From: an uncultured archaeon
GTDB lineage: Archaea; Thermoproteota; Nitrososphaeria; Nitrososphaerales; Gagatemarchaeaceae
DNA: 64,000 nucleotides
NCBI GenBank assembly: GCA_963799775.1
Contig: CAWCYD010000002.1
Span: forward strand, 96,001 to 160,000
Direction: 5' to 3'
The notes under the pieces are model-generated. The model saw only the letters and a list, made by a program, of their open reading frames with translations, did no database searches and had not been told where the DNA came from. This document shows, in pieces, positions 61,333 to 64,000 of the stretch (position 1 is the stretch's first letter; every line of letters begins with the position of its first letter). Made by a program: the position numbers and the translations under genes.

Positions 61333-61545
61333 ATGGCCGCGGCCAGGTGGGCCAGCATCATCGTGGGGCTTCTCCTCGTGCTCTTCGGGACGGTCTTCGC
61401 CCTGCAGGGCGCCAATGTCCTCAAGGACAGCCCGGTGATGAGCGGGAACTCTGCCTACATCTACGTCGGCGCGGCGCTCGTCGTGGTCGGGCTCATTCTG
61501 ATCGTCGTGGGCGCGGCTCGGAAGCCCTCCCAGCAGACCTCCTGA
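61333..61545 (+). CDS. Small two-TM membrane protein
   Basis: GTVFALQGANVL..SPVMSG helical hairpin. Confidence 0.7.
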   Translation: MAAARWASIIVGLLLVLFGTVFALQGANVLKDSPVMSGNSAYIYVGAALVVVGLILIVVGAARKPSQQTS

Positions 61546-61558
61546 GGGCCGATCTGCG

Positions 61559-63047
61559 TTGACCCCTGAAAAGCCGGCCTTCGACGAATCCTACGCCAAC
61601 AAGGTCATCGTCCTCTTCTCCGTGCTCGCCGCCTTCGTCCTCTACGTCGACATAATGCTCACTCCCTCGCTCCCCAAGATAGCGTCGGACTACAAAGTGA
61701 CCATCGCCGAGGTGAGCCTGGTGATCTCGCTCTACACGGTCTTCGGGACCGCCGTCAACCCCGTGATTGGGAAGCTAGGGGACATCGTGGGGAAGAAGCG
61801 TGTCCTGATCTACGTCCTCGTGATCTACTGCGTGATGGTGGCCCTCACCTCCTTCGCCACGAGCTTCACGGTGTTGCTGATCTCGAGGACCGTCCAGGGT
61901 ATAGGGCTCGGGATATTCCCGCTCGCGTTCAGCCTCGTGAGGGAGGAGTTTCCGCGAGAGAGGGCCCGCGCGCGCAGGGGATCCTTAGCGCGATGTTCGG
62001 GGCGGGGGCCGCCTTCGGCCTCCCGATAGGCGCCTGGGTCGCAAACTCCTACGGGTGGCAGGCCAACTACCACATCGCGCTCCCGCTGATAGCCGTCCTG
62101 ACGATCCTGATCTACTTCACCGTCAAGGAGTCCTCGATCACCGACCCCAACGCCAAGTTGGACTACGTCGGGGCCGTCTGGCTCGGCGCGGCGATGGGTG
62201 CGATCGTGTTCGGGCTCTCAGAGGGGTCGACCTGGGGCTGGACGTCCCTCAGCGTACTCGGCCTGATCTTCGGTGGCCTGGTGGCGCTGGGGCCGCTGGT
62301 CGTCTATGAGAGAAGGTCCTGGAGCCCATCCTCAACCTCAAGCTGCTTGCGATAAGGAACGTGATGGTCTCGAACGTGATAGGGCTTGCCTCCGGCGCGG
62401 CGCTGTTCATCGCGTTCCAGGGGATAACCTTCCAGCTGGAACTGACCCCGCCCGCTGGCTACGGGTTCGACATCCTCACCACCGGAATCTACCTGCTCCC
62501 TCTCGCAATCGCCATAATCATCGTGGCCATCCCGGTGGGGCGGCTCACACCGAAGTATGGGGCCAAGCCGTTCCTCTTCATCGGATGCGTGCTCGGGGCG
62601 GCGGGCTTCTACCTAATCTCGACCGCGACTTCGGCTGGCCTCATAGCGGGATACCTGGTTGTCGCTTCGGTGGGCCTCGGGATGCTTCTGGTGGCCAGCC
62701 AGAACCTGCTCGTGCTCTCGGTCAGAAGGAGGGAGATGGGCCTTACCACCTCTCTGAACACGGTCTTCAGGAACATCGGCTCCAGCCTCGGAGCTCCCGT
62801 CGCGGGATCGCTGATGTCCACTTTCGTGGTGAGGTATGTCATCGCGGGCCAGACCGTCTCCCTCCCCACGGCGACCGCGTTCCACTACGCCTACTACATC
62901 GCCATGCTGGGGTTCGCGCTGGCGCTGGTGGTCTCCACTTTCGCCCGGGAGGTGATGGGCAAGAACGCGAACAAGCTCACGCTCGAGCAAGCGGGCGATG
63001 CTCCGCCAGCAGAGGCCGGCCCCACGGAGTCGTCTCCGGCTAGGTGA
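61559..63047 (+). CDS. MFS transporter, DHA2-like, paralog of 51485; frameshifts near 61965 and 62320
   Basis: GKLGDIVGKKR, SRTVQG, RNIGSSLG. Confidence 0.9.
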
Positions 63048-63834
63048 CCACTCCAAAAGTCGCGAGGAAGCGGACGTAGTTTTCGTCTGACATGTCTCTC
63101 TTGTAACTCCGCAGCGCCTCTAGGATCGGCGTCTGGTTCCTTATGCTCAGTATCCTCTTGATCCTGGGGGAGAGCCTGCTCCCTACGAAGAGATACTGTG
63201 CCGCCGTCGTCACGTTCCGGGGGGCCCTCTTCTGGCTCGCAGACTCAAAGTCGATTATGTAGGGGGTCTCTCCCTCGATGAGCAGGTGCTTCCTGAGGTT
63301 GCTGAGCTCCCCATGGTCCAGCCCGATCAGGTCGAGCTTCCTGCACTGGTTCAGGACCGAGTGAGCCATCTCCCTCACCCGCATGGCTCTCCCTCTTCCG
63401 CTTGCCGCCTTCACGTAGTCCTCCAACTCCACCCCGTCTATGAACTGCATCGAGATGATGTCCTTCGTGCACCCGGAAACCTGGGCGCCCACCCTCACCT
63501 TGTTCGCGAGCCGCGTCAGCCTGAACTCCTCCATCATGGACTCACGGTTCGCATCGGCCCTACGAATCTTGAGCGCGAAGACCTGGCCGCCCCTCCTTCC
63601 CTTCACGACGAGCCCAACGGTCCCGATTCCCACCAGGCTGAGCCTCCCGATCTTGGGGTGGCCTTCAAACGTCACAGTCTCTACGCCGAGCTTCACGAGC
63701 TGTTTGATCTTCGACCTCGCCTGTCTCAGGTTCGGCCTCGGATACGTAAGGATCGCAAGGTAGGGCATCCTGTCGAACTGGTCGACGGTTATCGTCTCGC
63801 TGGTCCCTGTCATGCGCGATGGAGGGGAAGTCAT
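63040..63834 (-). CDS. Archaeal RIO/Bud32-like Ser/Thr protein kinase
   Basis: GIGTVGLV, ALKIRR, DHGELS, IIDFESAS. Confidence 0.85.
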   Translation of the reverse strand: MTSPPSRMTGTSETITVDQFDRMPYLAILTYPRPNLRQARSKIKQLVKLGVETVTFEGHPKIGRLSLVGIGTVGLVVKGRRGGQVFALKIRRADANRESMMEEFRLTRLANKVRVGAQVSGCTKDIISMQFIDGVELEDYVKAASGRGRAMRVREMAHSVLNQCRKLDLIGLDHGELSNLRKHLLIEGETPYIIDFESASQKRAPRNVTTAAQYLFVGSRLSPRIKRILSIRNQTPILEALRSYKRDMSDENYVRFLATFGVVT

Positions 63835-63855
63835 CGCTCCGAGCCCGCTCGCGGC

Positions 63856-64000
63856 TCAAACACCAACCGAGTCAGACAACGCCCTGGCCAGGCCTTCTCG
63901 AAGCCACTCTTTCTTCTCGGATTCCTTTCGAAGCCTGTCGCCCCGAAGGAGCCTTCCGCTCGTCTTCAGGCCTCGCCCCACCTCCTTCGAGACGCCGATG
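63856..64000 (-). CDS. C-terminal end of a gene continuing beyond the window (possibly the CCA-adding enzyme, from gene-order recollection only)
   Basis: Open frame IGVSKEVGRGLK...LSDSVGV ending in TGA at 63856-63858. Confidence 0.4.
   Translation of the reverse strand, partial: IGVSKEVGRGLKTSGRLLRGDRLRKESEKKEWLREGLARALSDSVGV

Noticed and set aside
1-64000. CRISPR arrays, IS elements, prophage genes, rRNA
   Set aside because: No regularly spaced long repeats, transposase/integrase motifs, capsid genes or rRNA signatures were seen by eye

Overview
GC-rich archaeal DNA. Evidence: archaeal-type uS10, BHB-intron tRNAs, TATA-box promoters and RHH regulators of the kind expanded in Nitrososphaerota. 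By inference it comes from a non-ammonia-oxidising Thaumarchaeota/Nitrososphaerota soil lineage. More than 20 genes carry small frameshifts, housekeeping and accessory alike, which points to uncorrected long-read errors rather than pseudogenisation. Bases 1-27.5 kb are a large, largely bacterial-type alpha-glucan/trehalose/NADPH island: zwf, glgP, treS-maltokinase fusion, glgX, treY, glgE, glgB, treZ, an internally deleted GH57 remnant, pgi, gnd, an NDP-sugar synthase fused to a DUF5752-like domain, glycogen synthase, a stand-alone DUF5752-like gene and ppk2. This amounts to a complete GlgE pathway in an archaeon. Bases 29.5-33.0 kb are a compact module of unknown function around a tRNA-Ser(TGA) with two non-canonical introns. 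It holds three RHH-regulator paralogs, promoters with 10-bp-phased ATGCA repeats, and two small-protein families with further copies elsewhere in the window, one inside the glycogen island. The rest is mixed metabolism: acyl-CoA enzymes, a three-subunit transhydrogenase, amt, a divergent PGK, two MFS transporters, two Rieske proteins, a class III cyclase-TPR protein and tRNA-Pro(GGG). I also found several small ORFs missed by the ORF track, including a basic, Cys-free DUF5679-like protein. No CRISPR array, integrase, transposase or rRNA was seen. Family names come from motif recognition; no database search was run.
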